A DNA stretch of 54,415 bases. Origin: Schlesneria sp. (lineage in GTDB: Bacteria; Planctomycetota; Planctomycetia; Planctomycetales; Planctomycetaceae). The DNA lies in the NCBI GenBank assembly GCA_044354755.1, contig JBIKZJ010000001.1, forward strand, positions 1-54,415, written 5' to 3'. A program made the translations under genes and the position numbers. Each line of letters opens with the position of its first letter. Within the stretch, counting starts at the first letter, position 1. Under the pieces are notes generated by a model. That model had not been told where the DNA came from. It did no database searches and worked only from the letters and a program-made list of their open reading frames with translations. This document shows, piece by piece, positions 9,786 through 19,580 of the stretch.

Positions 9786-10789
9786 CGCGGGCTCTCCAAT
9801 CACTAGATTGTTCTCACACAGAAGGGCGTCGCGACCCTCCGGATCTCCACCCTCAAACGTGTTAACGAGGTTCGGGTGCCGATTTTTTACTCTCGGTACC
9901 AAAACCGCCGATTGCTCGGAGTCGGTGTTTCTTCCACAGTTGTCAGGAATATCGAGTGAATGCGAAATTCCTGACCACTGTAAAGAGTCTTCACGCGTCG
10001 GGCATCGGCGGGCACTTCGACTTGATCCCTTGGTCGAAATACCCGTGAAGGGCGGGGAATGTGTGGTCACCGCCACAGAATGATCCATCCTGTGTTGAGA
10101 AACCCCGAATTGTCCTGCCCCCCAGACAGTCCCGCCGTACAAACCCCACATTTCAGATCAATCGCTATCTGTTATGTGGTTGTTGGCACCGCTGCAAACC
10201 GTCTCGCTAATTGAATCGTCTTTTCAGGAATCTCTCTTGACATGTTTTCCCTAAGAAGTTCGGGATCTGGCAGGTGAACTTCATCCGGCCTGCCAAGTTG
10301 AACCCGTTTCCCGGAAAACTCGCGTTGAATTACCGAAGTTGACGTACTTTCCTGAAGAACAGGGAAAGCCCAAGGCGCCGTTCAGACCTGAAGGGATCGG
10401 ATACAGGAACGGGAATTTCTGAAATTTTGGGATTTGCATCCAGATCGACTCCGATTTTGGCTCGATCCTAAGCAGCGACCTCGCAAAAGCCTTCCCGCAT
10501 CCCCCGTATGATCCGCGATGAAAAATCTGAAACGAAGTTTAGGTTACAGAGATCTTCGTCCGCGAGAACTGAATCCGAAAAACATGAATCAAACCTGAAT
10601 TCAGCAGAGAGAATTTTCAAGTCAGGCCAATCCCTGCAAACCTTCACCTTGTTGAGGCTCGTAGCGCCTTGTAGCATCGATTGTAACGACGAAAACGGAG
10701 ATCCCGATGTTTCAACGATTTTTAGTCGTTTAATGAAACGTGAAGCGGCGGATCGCGATTCGAATACGCTCGATGGTAGAGGAGAAGGC

Positions 10790-13700
10790 ATGCGGACCTT
10801 GTTGCTGACACGAAAACAGGGCGTGACGCTCGTTTTGTTTGTACTGATAGGGGGGCTCTTCGCCGACAACGCGTGGTCGCAGGGGCGGAGCCGCGGGGGT
10901 GATCGCACAGATCGCGTTGGACGGATGCGCGACGAGACCTCTAGCCTTTTGATGTCCATGCGGAAAAAAGAAGTCCTGGACCAGTTGAAGTTGACCCCTG
11001 AACAGGAAAAACAACTGGGCGAGATCCGAAATGCGTCATTCCGAATTCCTCCTGGAACCAGTCCTGAAGATTTCGAGAAACTCCGCAAAGAAACCGACGA
11101 AAAAGCGGTGAACGTCCTCAGTGCCGAACAAAAATTGACTTGGCAGAAGATTAAGACGGAAGCCGAAGCGGGACGACAAGAGAACAGTCGTGCGGCGGGG
11201 GCCAGTCCCGATGCCGGTCGATCAAGTTCCACGGGTGGAATCGTCCGTGCAGTCAATGCTCAGGCCGTTACGTCGGGTCTCATCATCGAAGAGAAGCCAC
11301 CCGAAGGGGCTCGCGCGGTGATCTCGTTCGGTCCCCTCGCGGCACTCAGAGTCTCGCAAGCCAAGGCAAAAGAGGACGAAGAGAAAAATCCTGACGAAGC
11401 GAAAGCCGACGAAGCGAAAGCCGAGAAGCAGAGTGACGAGAAGCAGGCCGAGGATTCAAACACGGAGTCCGCTGCGGTCGACACCCCTGCCCTGCGCACA
11501 ACGCAATTACCAGAGGTTGCCGCAGCCAATGACACAGCAGTCAAACGGGTGAAAGGGGAAGAAGAACCAAACCTCTCGTTTGAATTCCGCTACGCCCCCT
11601 GGTCTGACGTATTAAAATTGTTTGCCGACGCGAACGATCTGACGCTGGACCTGAATGATGTTCCTCCCGGGACATTCAACTATTACGACAATCAACAATA
11701 CACGATGACCGAGGCGCTCGACATCATCAATGGATACCTGCTGAGTAAGGGGTATGTGCTGGTGCGACGAGATCGATTCCTGGTCTGTTTGAATATCGAA
11801 AACCCGATCCCGCCGAATGTGGTCCCCAATGTCACCATTGCGGAGCTTGAAAAACGAGGCAAGAACGAATTACTGAACCTGATCCTTCCGCTCACGGGAA
11901 TGGAAGCCGAAACGGTGGTCACTGAGGTGAAAGAGTTGCTAGGCCCACAAGGGAAAGCCTCGGCGCTGAAAAGTACGAACTCATTGGTTTTGACCGATAT
12001 TGGCAGCAACCTGAGACGTGTCGCGTGGCTCATGACATCGGGAACACCCGTTGATAAACGGGATACGGCATTCAAAGCGATCGCACTGAAACATATTTCC
12101 GCCGCCGAAGCCGAACGAACCGTTCGGCGACTCTTCGGTTTGAACGCCCCGATTGCCTCTTCGGGGGGGGCCCAGCAACCCGCGAATCCCTTCGGTGGTG
12201 GTGGCGGTCGAGGAGGCTTTGGTGGGGGATTTCAAGGCGGTGGTGGATTTCCGGGTGGGGGCGGGTTCCCCGGCGGTGGATTCCCCGGCGGTGGAGGTCA
12301 GCCAGGTCAGCCCGGCGGAGCTCCGGCTCCAGCAGTTCCCGGTGGTGCACAATCTCAGTTCATGGGAAAAATTCAGGTTACAGCGGACACCCGAACCAAC
12401 CATTTGCTAGTGACTGCGGCAGCACCATTGCTGAAAGTTGTCGAAGAAGTCGTGAAAGCTCTCGACACCAATAAAGACTCTGCGGGAAATGATCTCGAAG
12501 TCAAAAGCAGTCCTTCCTATCCCAAGGCGTATACCATTCGGGGTGGCGATTCATCCTCGGTCGCTCGAACGCTCAATATGGTCATGCCGGGTGTTGTCAT
12601 TGGTGATGACAGTCGTTCGGGCAAGATTTTTATTCAGGGTACTAAAGAAGAGCACCTCGAAGTCGAGCGCTACATTCGGGAGTTCTCAGGCGAAGCATCA
12701 GGCTCGGTGACGGTAATTAATCTGACAAAACTGGATCCTGGCCAAGTTACCAATTCGCTGCGCAACCTGTTTCTGAACGACTCGAACCGTGCACCGTCGA
12801 TCGAGGCGGACGCCAATGGACGACGAATCATGGTCCGGGGCACTGCTGACCAGATTCTGCAGGTGAAAGAATTGCTGCGCAGTTTGGGAGAAATCCCTCC
12901 CGCAGAAGGTCCTGATGCAGATTCAACGCCGGTCGATCGTGGTAACATTCGACAGTTGCGGGTCGGGTCTCATGACCCCAACGAGATCTTAGGATTGGTT
13001 CAGCGGACTTGGGGGGCTTCCGGCCGCAGTCCATTCCGGATTGTCATTCCGTCCCGATCGAGTCCCATTCGGGGGCGAAAAGTCCCTGGTGAGTCCTCGC
13101 CGGACCTCGAATCCGATCCCGCCGATCCATCGCCCTTACGAGGGAATCGGGGCGAGTCTTCCCGGTCACCCAATTCGGCACCCGCAGAAAAACGGTCCAC
13201 TGAACCGCTTGAGCAAAATCCACGTCGCGATCGCAGTAGCCCGGACGCCTTTCTTCCCCGCTCGAAGACCAGGCCCGCGACGACACAATTGATTCCTCGA
13301 CCCGTTGCAGAAAAATCCCGTCCCGCCGGCGCGGAACTGCAACTGGTGAGTCAGGAAGTGACGTTGGCTCCTACTGTATCGGAACGGGAATCGAACGGTA
13401 GCGATCTTGACCAAGACAATACAGCGACGCCTGCGGCCGACGACACCTTCGTGAATCGGCGACAACCTGCTGTGAAAGCCCCGGCAGCATTCCCCTTGAA
13501 CGGGGACAATCCCGATTCTCCGATCGGGGCGACCGTGATGGGAAATGAGATTATTCTCACCGGCCCCGACAGCCAGTCACTTGATGAACTCGAAGAACTG
13601 ATCACAACGCTTGTCGATGCAATTCCCCAGCGGACCCACTGGACGGTCTTCTATTTAAAAACCGCTGACGCCACGGAAACGGCACAAATGATTGAACGTC

Positions 13701-14647
13701 TATTTCCACAGAGCTCGGTGACGACCTCCTCTAGCAGCAGCAGCAGCGATGGCGGTTTTTTCGGTAGCTTTACCAGTGGACTGTCTCGGCTTGGCAGCGG
13801 GATGATGAATGCAACGGGATTGAATCAGACGTTGGGTGGATCACAAAACCTGCGAATCATCACCGACGTTCGCTCAAACGCCCTGTTTGTCACCGGACCT
13901 CAAGAGGTGATTCGGGACGTTGAGTATATGCTGGAATTGCTGGATGCCAGTGAACTTCCCCAATCTTTACGAGATCGGCTCCCCCGATCGATTCCCGTGG
14001 AACATGCCGACATCGACGAAGTGGCCGAGATCGTGGAATCGCTGTTCAAAGACAAAATGCAGGGCGAGCAACCCCAGAATAACCAACAACAATTTAACCC
14101 GCTGGCCATGATGATGGGTGGCGCGAATCGCGCCGGTGCGGCAGGACGAAAGGCTCAGGGTCCTGAATTAACCCTGGGAGTCGACCGTAGGACGAGTCAT
14201 CTGGTCCTTTCCTGTAACGAGGCGATTTTTCAACAGGTCGAGACTGTCGTCAAGACGATCGATAAACGAGCGAAAGAGGCTAACCGGACGGTCCGAATCG
14301 TTCCACTCAAAACAGCCGACCCAACCGTTGTTCAATCGACACTGACTTCACTGATGCCCAAGGTAACGGTCAGTGCAACCCGTTCCCGTTCTCCAAAACG
14401 GAATGACCAGGCAGGGGGCGCGAATCCTGATCGAAATGCCACGCCGCAAATGGGGCAACCTGGTAGTCGTTTCGGTGGTGGTGGTTTCCCAGGTGGTGGA
14501 TTTCCGGGCGGTGGATTTCCGGGCGGTGGTGGTTTTCCAGGTGCTGGCGGCGGCGGACGGGGAGGATTTCCCGGTGGTGGCGGTTTCCCCGGTGGTGGCG
14601 GTTTCCCAGGCGGCGGTGCTGGTGGACGTGGCGGGCGGGGTAACTGA
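10790..14647 (+). CDS. Secretin N-terminal-domain repeat protein (GspD/NolW-like repeats), with no recognisable secretin barrel
   Basis: RBS GGAGAAGG precedes ATG 10790; signal peptide. LSFEFRYAPWSDVL N0-like segment; repeated ADTRTNHLLV / TDVRSNALFV / VDRRTSHLVL units; Gly-rich GGGFP repeats. Ends without a beta-barrel signature. Confidence 0.75.
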   Translation: MRTLLLTRKQGVTLVLFVLIGGLFADNAWSQGRSRGGDRTDRVGRMRDETSSLLMSMRKKEVLDQLKLTPEQEKQLGEIRNASFRIPPGTSPEDFEKLRKETDEKAVNVLSAEQKLTWQKIKTEAEAGRQENSRAAGASPDAGRSSSTGGIVRAVNAQAVTSGLIIEEKPPEGARAVISFGPLAALRVSQAKAKEDEEKNPDEAKADEAKAEKQSDEKQAEDSNTESAAVDTPALRTTQLPEVAAANDTAVKRVKGEEEPNLSFEFRYAPWSDVLKLFADANDLTLDLNDVPPGTFNYYDNQQYTMTEALDIINGYLLSKGYVLVRRDRFLVCLNIENPIPPNVVPNVTIAELEKRGKNELLNLILPLTGMEAETVVTEVKELLGPQGKASALKSTNSLVLTDIGSNLRRVAWLMTSGTPVDKRDTAFKAIALKHISAAEAERTVRRLFGLNAPIASSGGAQQPANPFGGGGGRGGFGGGFQGGGGFPGGGGFPGGGFPGGGGQPGQPGGAPAPAVPGGAQSQFMGKIQVTADTRTNHLLVTAAAPLLKVVEEVVKALDTNKDSAGNDLEVKSSPSYPKAYTIRGGDSSSVARTLNMVMPGVVIGDDSRSGKIFIQGTKEEHLEVERYIREFSGEASGSVTVINLTKLDPGQVTNSLRNLFLNDSNRAPSIEADANGRRIMVRGTADQILQVKELLRSLGEIPPAEGPDADSTPVDRGNIRQLRVGSHDPNEILGLVQRTWGASGRSPFRIVIPSRSSPIRGRKVPGESSPDLESDPADPSPLRGNRGESSRSPNSAPAEKRSTEPLEQNPRRDRSSPDAFLPRSKTRPATTQLIPRPVAEKSRPAGAELQLVSQEVTLAPTVSERESNGSDLDQDNTATPAADDTFVNRRQPAVKAPAAFPLNGDNPDSPIGATVMGNEIILTGPDSQSLDELEELITTLVDAIPQRTHWTVFYLKTADATETAQMIERLFPQSSVTTSSSSSSSDGGFFGSFTSGLSRLGSGMMNATGLNQTLGGSQNLRIITDVRSNALFVTGPQEVIRDVEYMLELLDASELPQSLRDRLPRSIPVEHADIDEVAEIVESLFKDKMQGEQPQNNQQQFNPLAMMMGGANRAGAAGRKAQGPELTLGVDRRTSHLVLSCNEAIFQQVETVVKTIDKRAKEANRTVRIVPLKTADPTVVQSTLTSLMPKVTVSATRSRSPKRNDQAGGANPDRNATPQMGQPGSRFGGGGFPGGGFPGGGFPGGGGFPGAGGGGRGGFPGGGGFPGGGGFPGGGAGGRGGRGN

Positions 14648-14703
14648 GCCTCTGTTCGCCGAGGCGTTGCTCCCTTTTTCCGATCGTTCGCAATTGGTGC
14701 AGA

Positions 14704-15414
14704 ATGGTAAACCTGGATCTAGGCAGTACCCCGGTTGAAATTCTTCCTGTGGGTGAGTCGGGTTTGGTTGTTCGTTTTGGCGAGACCATCAGTCATACTG
14801 TGCACCATCGGATTTGTGGACTGGGAGCATATCTCACCGAATTTCCGCTGCCAGGTGTCATCGAATTCGTGCCCGCCTATACGACGCTGACAATTTATTA
14901 CGATCTGCGGCAAACAAGCTTTGAGGATTTAGTAGAGGCATTAAAACGCCTGGCACTCGATCTTCCCGAAGTACAACAAGCAGACCGTCCCCTCATTGAG
15001 CTCCCGGTCTGTTATGGGGGTAAGTTTGGTCCTGACTTGGAATTTGTCGCTCAGCAGCATTCCTTGACAACGGATGACGTGATCGAAATCCACTCGTCGG
15101 TCACTTACCGAGTCTACCTGATCGGATTTGCTCCTGGTTTTCCTTATCTCGGCGGGATGTCAACCCGAATTGCGACCCCGCGTCGTGAGTCACCTCGGTT
15201 GAGTATCCCGGCAGGTTCCGTGGGTATTGCGGGTGAACAAACCGGTGTTTATCCGCTCGAGACTCCAGGGGGTTGGCAGCTGATTGGTTGCACCCCGTGG
15301 AAACTGTTTCTCCCTGAACAGACGCCCCCAACCCGATTTACTGTCGGCGATCAAGTCCGGTTTCGACCGATCACTCACGAGACGTTTATTCAGTTGAGGA
15401 ACGATTTTCGATGA
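14704..15414 (+). CDS. pxpB: 5-oxoprolinase subunit B (KipI family)
   Basis: VPAYTTL; LPVCYGGKFGPDL; IGFAPGFPYLGG; AGSVGIAGEQTGVYPLETPGGWQLIG. Confidence 0.92.
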   Translation: MVNLDLGSTPVEILPVGESGLVVRFGETISHTVHHRICGLGAYLTEFPLPGVIEFVPAYTTLTIYYDLRQTSFEDLVEALKRLALDLPEVQQADRPLIELPVCYGGKFGPDLEFVAQQHSLTTDDVIEIHSSVTYRVYLIGFAPGFPYLGGMSTRIATPRRESPRLSIPAGSVGIAGEQTGVYPLETPGGWQLIGCTPWKLFLPEQTPPTRFTVGDQVRFRPITHETFIQLRNDFR

Positions 15415-16406
15415 GCTTGCGTGTGCTTCGAGCGGGGATGCTTACGACCGTGCAAGATCTCGGTCGAACAGGATTTCAGCAATACGGGGTGATCGTGAGT
15501 GGGGTAATGGACCCGCATTCCCTGCGGATTGCCAATTTGCTGGTTGGCAATCCGCAACAGGCGGCGGGACTGGAAATCACGCTGATGGGACCGACGCTGC
15601 TGTTTGAACAAGATGCCTTGATTGCCATCACAGGAGCTGACCTCTCCCCCCGAATTAACCAGCAGTTAGTTCCCGCCTGGAGACCTGTCTGGGTACGTGC
15701 CGGAAGTCAACTGGATTTCGGGGCTCTCCGATTTGGCTGTCGCGCTTGTCTTGCGATCGCAGGAGGGATTGATGTGCCGCTGGTCATGAATAGCCGCAGC
15801 ACCTGCCTGCCCGCACAACTCGGCGGTTACCGGGGACGATCGCTGCTGATCGACGATTCCCTTCCCGTTGGATCCGCATCACCACAAGCCATTCGACGAA
15901 TCCGCCAGCTCGTCGAGGCCGCATCCGATCAATCGATGAGTTCCGTCACATGGTTTGCTGGGATGGACCTGACGAATTATGCGAAAGAACCGACGATCCG
16001 TGTGATTCCTGGCAGTCAGTATGATTGGTTTACAGCAGCCAGCCAGAAAACGTTCTTCAGCGAGACCTTCTGTATTTCGCCCCAGTCTGACCGAATGGGC
16101 TTTCGACTTTCCGGCCCTTTGCTGCAGCAACAAAAGCCGCGAGAACTCGTTTCTGAAGCAGTCACTTTTGGGACGATTCAGGTCCCCGCCGATGGTCATC
16201 CGATTATCCTCATGGCAGATCGCCCTACCACAGGTGGCTATGCCAAGATCGCCCAAGTGATCGCCGTCGATCATCCCGTGCTAGCTCAGATGAAGCCCGG
16301 CTCAACAGTTCGATTCCAAGCCATCACCCTCGAAGCAGCCCGGCAGGAGTTTCATTCCCGCGAAGCCCAAATTGATCGATTGCGCTGTGGAATTCCTCTT
16401 AACTGA
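15411..16406 (+). CDS. pxpC: 5-oxoprolinase subunit C (KipA / carboxyltransferase family)
   Basis: TTVQDLGRTG; ANLLVGN; SDRMGFRL; GTIQVP; LMADRPTTGGYAKI. ATGA overlap with pxpB. Confidence 0.92.
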   Translation: MSLRVLRAGMLTTVQDLGRTGFQQYGVIVSGVMDPHSLRIANLLVGNPQQAAGLEITLMGPTLLFEQDALIAITGADLSPRINQQLVPAWRPVWVRAGSQLDFGALRFGCRACLAIAGGIDVPLVMNSRSTCLPAQLGGYRGRSLLIDDSLPVGSASPQAIRRIRQLVEAASDQSMSSVTWFAGMDLTNYAKEPTIRVIPGSQYDWFTAASQKTFFSETFCISPQSDRMGFRLSGPLLQQQKPRELVSEAVTFGTIQVPADGHPIILMADRPTTGGYAKIAQVIAVDHPVLAQMKPGSTVRFQAITLEAARQEFHSREAQIDRLRCGIPLN

Positions 16407-16421
16407 AATGGAATAAAGGAT

Positions 16422-17189
16422 ATGGGCATCATCCAATCCATCGACTTGAACTGCGATCTCGGAGAAAGCTTCGGAGCCTACCAACTTGGCCAGGACGCCG
16501 AGATTCTGCAGTACGTGACCTCGGCCAACATTGCCTGCGGATTTCACGCCGGCGACCCGGCCACCATGCGGAAAACAGTCCGACTGGCGTTTGAAAAGGG
16601 GGTTGCCATCGGAGCCCACCCCGGATTTCCGGACCTGGTCGGATTCGGTCGCCGCGAGATGCGGGTTGCGATTCAAGATGTCCAGGATCTGGTGCTGTAT
16701 CAGCTCGGAGCCCTGCACGCCTTTGTCGTGTCCGAAGGGGCCGTGCTACGCCACGTCAAACCTCATGGAGCACTCTACAACATGGCCGCCAAGGATCGCG
16801 AATACGCTCGGGCGATTGCCACCCCCCTTCACCGCTTTGACCCCTCATTAATTCTGTTCGGCCCATCAGGGAGCGAGTTGATTACTGCGGGGAAATCGGC
16901 GGGACTGCGTACCGCCAGTGAAGTCTTTGCAGATCGTCGCTATGAACAGGACGGATCACTCAGCCCCCGAAATCAACCAGGGGGGGTGATCACCGAATGC
17001 GAACAAGCGATCCAACAGGTGCTGCAGATGGTTCAGACCGGACAAGTGCAGACGCGTCAGGGAACATCATTACCGATACAGGCCGAGACCATCTGCCTTC
17101 ACGGTGACGGTCCCCATGCACTGGAGTTCGCCCGACGAATTCGGTCAGCGCTTGAGGCCTTGGGCGTGACCGTCCGAGGGGTTGGCTGA
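16422..17189 (+). CDS. pxpA: 5-oxoprolinase subunit A (LamB/YcsF)
   Basis: IDLNCDLGESFG; SANIACGFHAGDP; GAHPGFPDLVGFGRR; HVKPHGALYN; EVFADRRY; TICLHGD. Confidence 0.95.
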   Translation: MGIIQSIDLNCDLGESFGAYQLGQDAEILQYVTSANIACGFHAGDPATMRKTVRLAFEKGVAIGAHPGFPDLVGFGRREMRVAIQDVQDLVLYQLGALHAFVVSEGAVLRHVKPHGALYNMAAKDREYARAIATPLHRFDPSLILFGPSGSELITAGKSAGLRTASEVFADRRYEQDGSLSPRNQPGGVITECEQAIQQVLQMVQTGQVQTRQGTSLPIQAETICLHGDGPHALEFARRIRSALEALGVTVRGVG

Positions 17190-17481
17190 AGGACTCGTAC
17201 TCCTCATGGACCAAAGTCCCCTTTCCGTTCTTCCTTCGTTAACTTTTGTTCAAGCTCTTCTTTTCGAGCTCTGTCCTAGAAAGCCACCCGAAAACTGCCG
17301 TCATTGATGGTACTCATTTTGTATACGATGACTCGTTTCGCGATTCAAAACACCCCAATTCGAGCGCCGATCATCATCAAAATCCGTATCTGAATCTCGT
17401 CGTCACGCAAATCGGTCGCCTTTTCTTCAGCCAGCGACCTTTAGCCTAAGCTCTTCAGTCTGGAATGCCAATCCGGCCTCT

Positions 17482-19476
17482 TTAAAACTGCGATTTCGCA
17501 GGCTTGACTTCCCAGCGTTCGCCAAAGAAGTCGGCGTCGACAATTTTACCGGGATAACGACTGTTTGCCGGTACCCGAATATCCACAATCGCCCAGTCCG
17601 GCAGCTTCGGGATTTGGCGGGCATTGTTCAGATAATCGTATTCCCGGTACGTGAAACCGCTGTTCAGAACCACATACTTCTCGGGATTCAGTGGGTTCGG
17701 GTAAATCGCGATCGGAGCATGATTGACCGCGTCAAACTTGCGGTCCCCAACCGTGAGGCCATCCGCTTCCCACTGAATGGGAAGCTTCGAGGCGATCCGA
17801 GCCATCAGTTGATTGGCTTGGGCGTCTCCCCAAATGACCAGATTCGACTCGGCGATGTCTTTGTCGGTAATCTCGCTGTCACGTTTCACCACGACATCCC
17901 CCCGCATCTGTCGACGCCAATGCGTGACCGCATGGGTAAACTCGCACTGAACCCACTTGTCGACCGCTTCACTGCGACAGGAACCGCTCGGCTTGACGAA
18001 AACAAACGAGTCCATCAGGGCGTCGTCGATCGGTCCTTGCAAACCATGCTTTTTCCGCAGTCCTTGTGCACGCCCCGGCTTCCAGGTCATTCCCTCACGC
18101 ACAAAGGCGCCGTCTGCGGGAATCTCCATGGCTCCACCCGCATCGATCCGGATCTTGCCTGGATGGCCTTGCGGAGGCCGAATGGTGAAGGCGGTGACAT
18201 TCCCGGTGGTGACTTGGAGTTCATTCCCGACCGGCTTGACCACCACTCGAGACTCATCCCAATGCTGCTGCATCCCCTCGATCGTCAGCCAGTGCATCTG
18301 GTTGTACTTGAGTGTGTAGGTGACGAGCTGAACCTGTGCCGGGGTGCGATCAATCCCTTTGATTGCCCATTCGGCCAGCTTCGCTTCAATCTGCTTGCCC
18401 GACTCAGGGTGAATGCTGTGTGCCGTGTTAGGGCCGATAATATGCAATAGCTTCATCCCTTCCCGCTCGTACGCCGTTTCCATGATATCCGCCGCCTGCT
18501 TTTGAATATCCATATCACCGCTGTAGGCGACCGTCGGTAGATGAGCGAGATTGGCGGCGTATCCAGGGCAATCATACATCCGCCAGAGAGCTCGTTCGTA
18601 AGGGGTTGGTGTCAGAGTTTCTTTCTGGAAATGTCGCAAAAATTCCGGAGTTTCCGAAAAGCCCGCTCCGGGATTGGCGGCAAACCATTGGTCTGGATAG
18701 TGAACGGCAAACTGCCAGCAGGCGGCTCCCCCCATCGAAAACCCTCGCACGGCCACGCGATCAGGGTCGACCCGATATTGTTTTTTCACCGCATCCAGAG
18801 CTTCGAGCGAATCGATTTCTCCCGCCAGTTTGTTCGCGTTGCAATAGCGACCATAGGGATGCAACACGATCGTGTTAGCAGGTGAAATCGCGCCGACATT
18901 TTTCGAGCGATCATTTAGGAAGTTGACTTCGCTTAGCAATTCTCCCCGACCATGAAACCAGAAATCCAGTCGATGCTTTTCCGTTCCGTCGTATTGATAA
19001 GTGGCTGGAATGACAAGCCCGTACGGCTGAACCGTCTTGTCGATCTTGGAAAGATATCCCCGGACAACGACTCCGGTCTGCCGAGTCCATGGGGAGTCGC
19101 CCGCCAGCAGTTGATCCGCTCGCTGGTGTCCCTGTTGCAATAGCGATTGCCCAACCGCGATCTCTTTGGGATCAAAAAACTCCTGAAACCGCAGCGCCTG
19201 ATCGACGGCTCGATGGAAAATCAATACGTCCGGCAGCAGCGAACTCACCTGAGGCGAATTCGATTGACTCAACTTTTCGAGTTTGGCCTGCAGTGACTGC
19301 AACCCTTTGTTGAGTTCCGTTCGATCCGCTTCCGTCACTTCGACCCCCAGCTTGGGGACACGACGGACCTGTTCCGCCGTGTTATCAGAGGGGCCATCCG
19401 CCATAACGACTTGAGTGGCCAGAACTGCCGCAACCAGAGCGAGCACAATCTGTCGACGGAAGGGGATTAACATCAT
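17482..19476 (-). CDS. Secreted alpha/beta-hydrolase (peptidase S9/esterase-like)
   Basis: Signal peptide after MMLIPFRRQ; oxyanion-region FHGRGE; nucleophile elbow GFSMGG. The upstream ORF extension overlaps the next gene. Confidence 0.75.
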   Translation of the reverse strand: MMLIPFRRQIVLALVAAVLATQVVMADGPSDNTAEQVRRVPKLGVEVTEADRTELNKGLQSLQAKLEKLSQSNSPQVSSLLPDVLIFHRAVDQALRFQEFFDPKEIAVGQSLLQQGHQRADQLLAGDSPWTRQTGVVVRGYLSKIDKTVQPYGLVIPATYQYDGTEKHRLDFWFHGRGELLSEVNFLNDRSKNVGAISPANTIVLHPYGRYCNANKLAGEIDSLEALDAVKKQYRVDPDRVAVRGFSMGGAACWQFAVHYPDQWFAANPGAGFSETPEFLRHFQKETLTPTPYERALWRMYDCPGYAANLAHLPTVAYSGDMDIQKQAADIMETAYEREGMKLLHIIGPNTAHSIHPESGKQIEAKLAEWAIKGIDRTPAQVQLVTYTLKYNQMHWLTIEGMQQHWDESRVVVKPVGNELQVTTGNVTAFTIRPPQGHPGKIRIDAGGAMEIPADGAFVREGMTWKPGRAQGLRKKHGLQGPIDDALMDSFVFVKPSGSCRSEAVDKWVQCEFTHAVTHWRRQMRGDVVVKRDSEITDKDIAESNLVIWGDAQANQLMARIASKLPIQWEADGLTVGDRKFDAVNHAPIAIYPNPLNPEKYVVLNSGFTYREYDYLNNARQIPKLPDWAIVDIRVPANSRYPGKIVDADFFGERWEVKPAKSQF

Positions 19477-19580
19477 GGTTCCTGCAAAGGGAGTGGGAAA
19501 TTCTCTGAGAGTAACAACGGTTTGCTCTGACAACCTCTTCGTGAAGACGGATCTTCGCGCAGACGGCTCTTCGCGCAGAC

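Noticed and set aside
9786-10151. N-terminal ORF extensions (also 10508-10789, 19477-19710, 46020-46154, 53472-53915)
   Set aside because: Family similarity, signal peptides and RBS placement point to downstream ATGs. The 53472-53915 stretch could be a gene remnant but nothing was recognisable.
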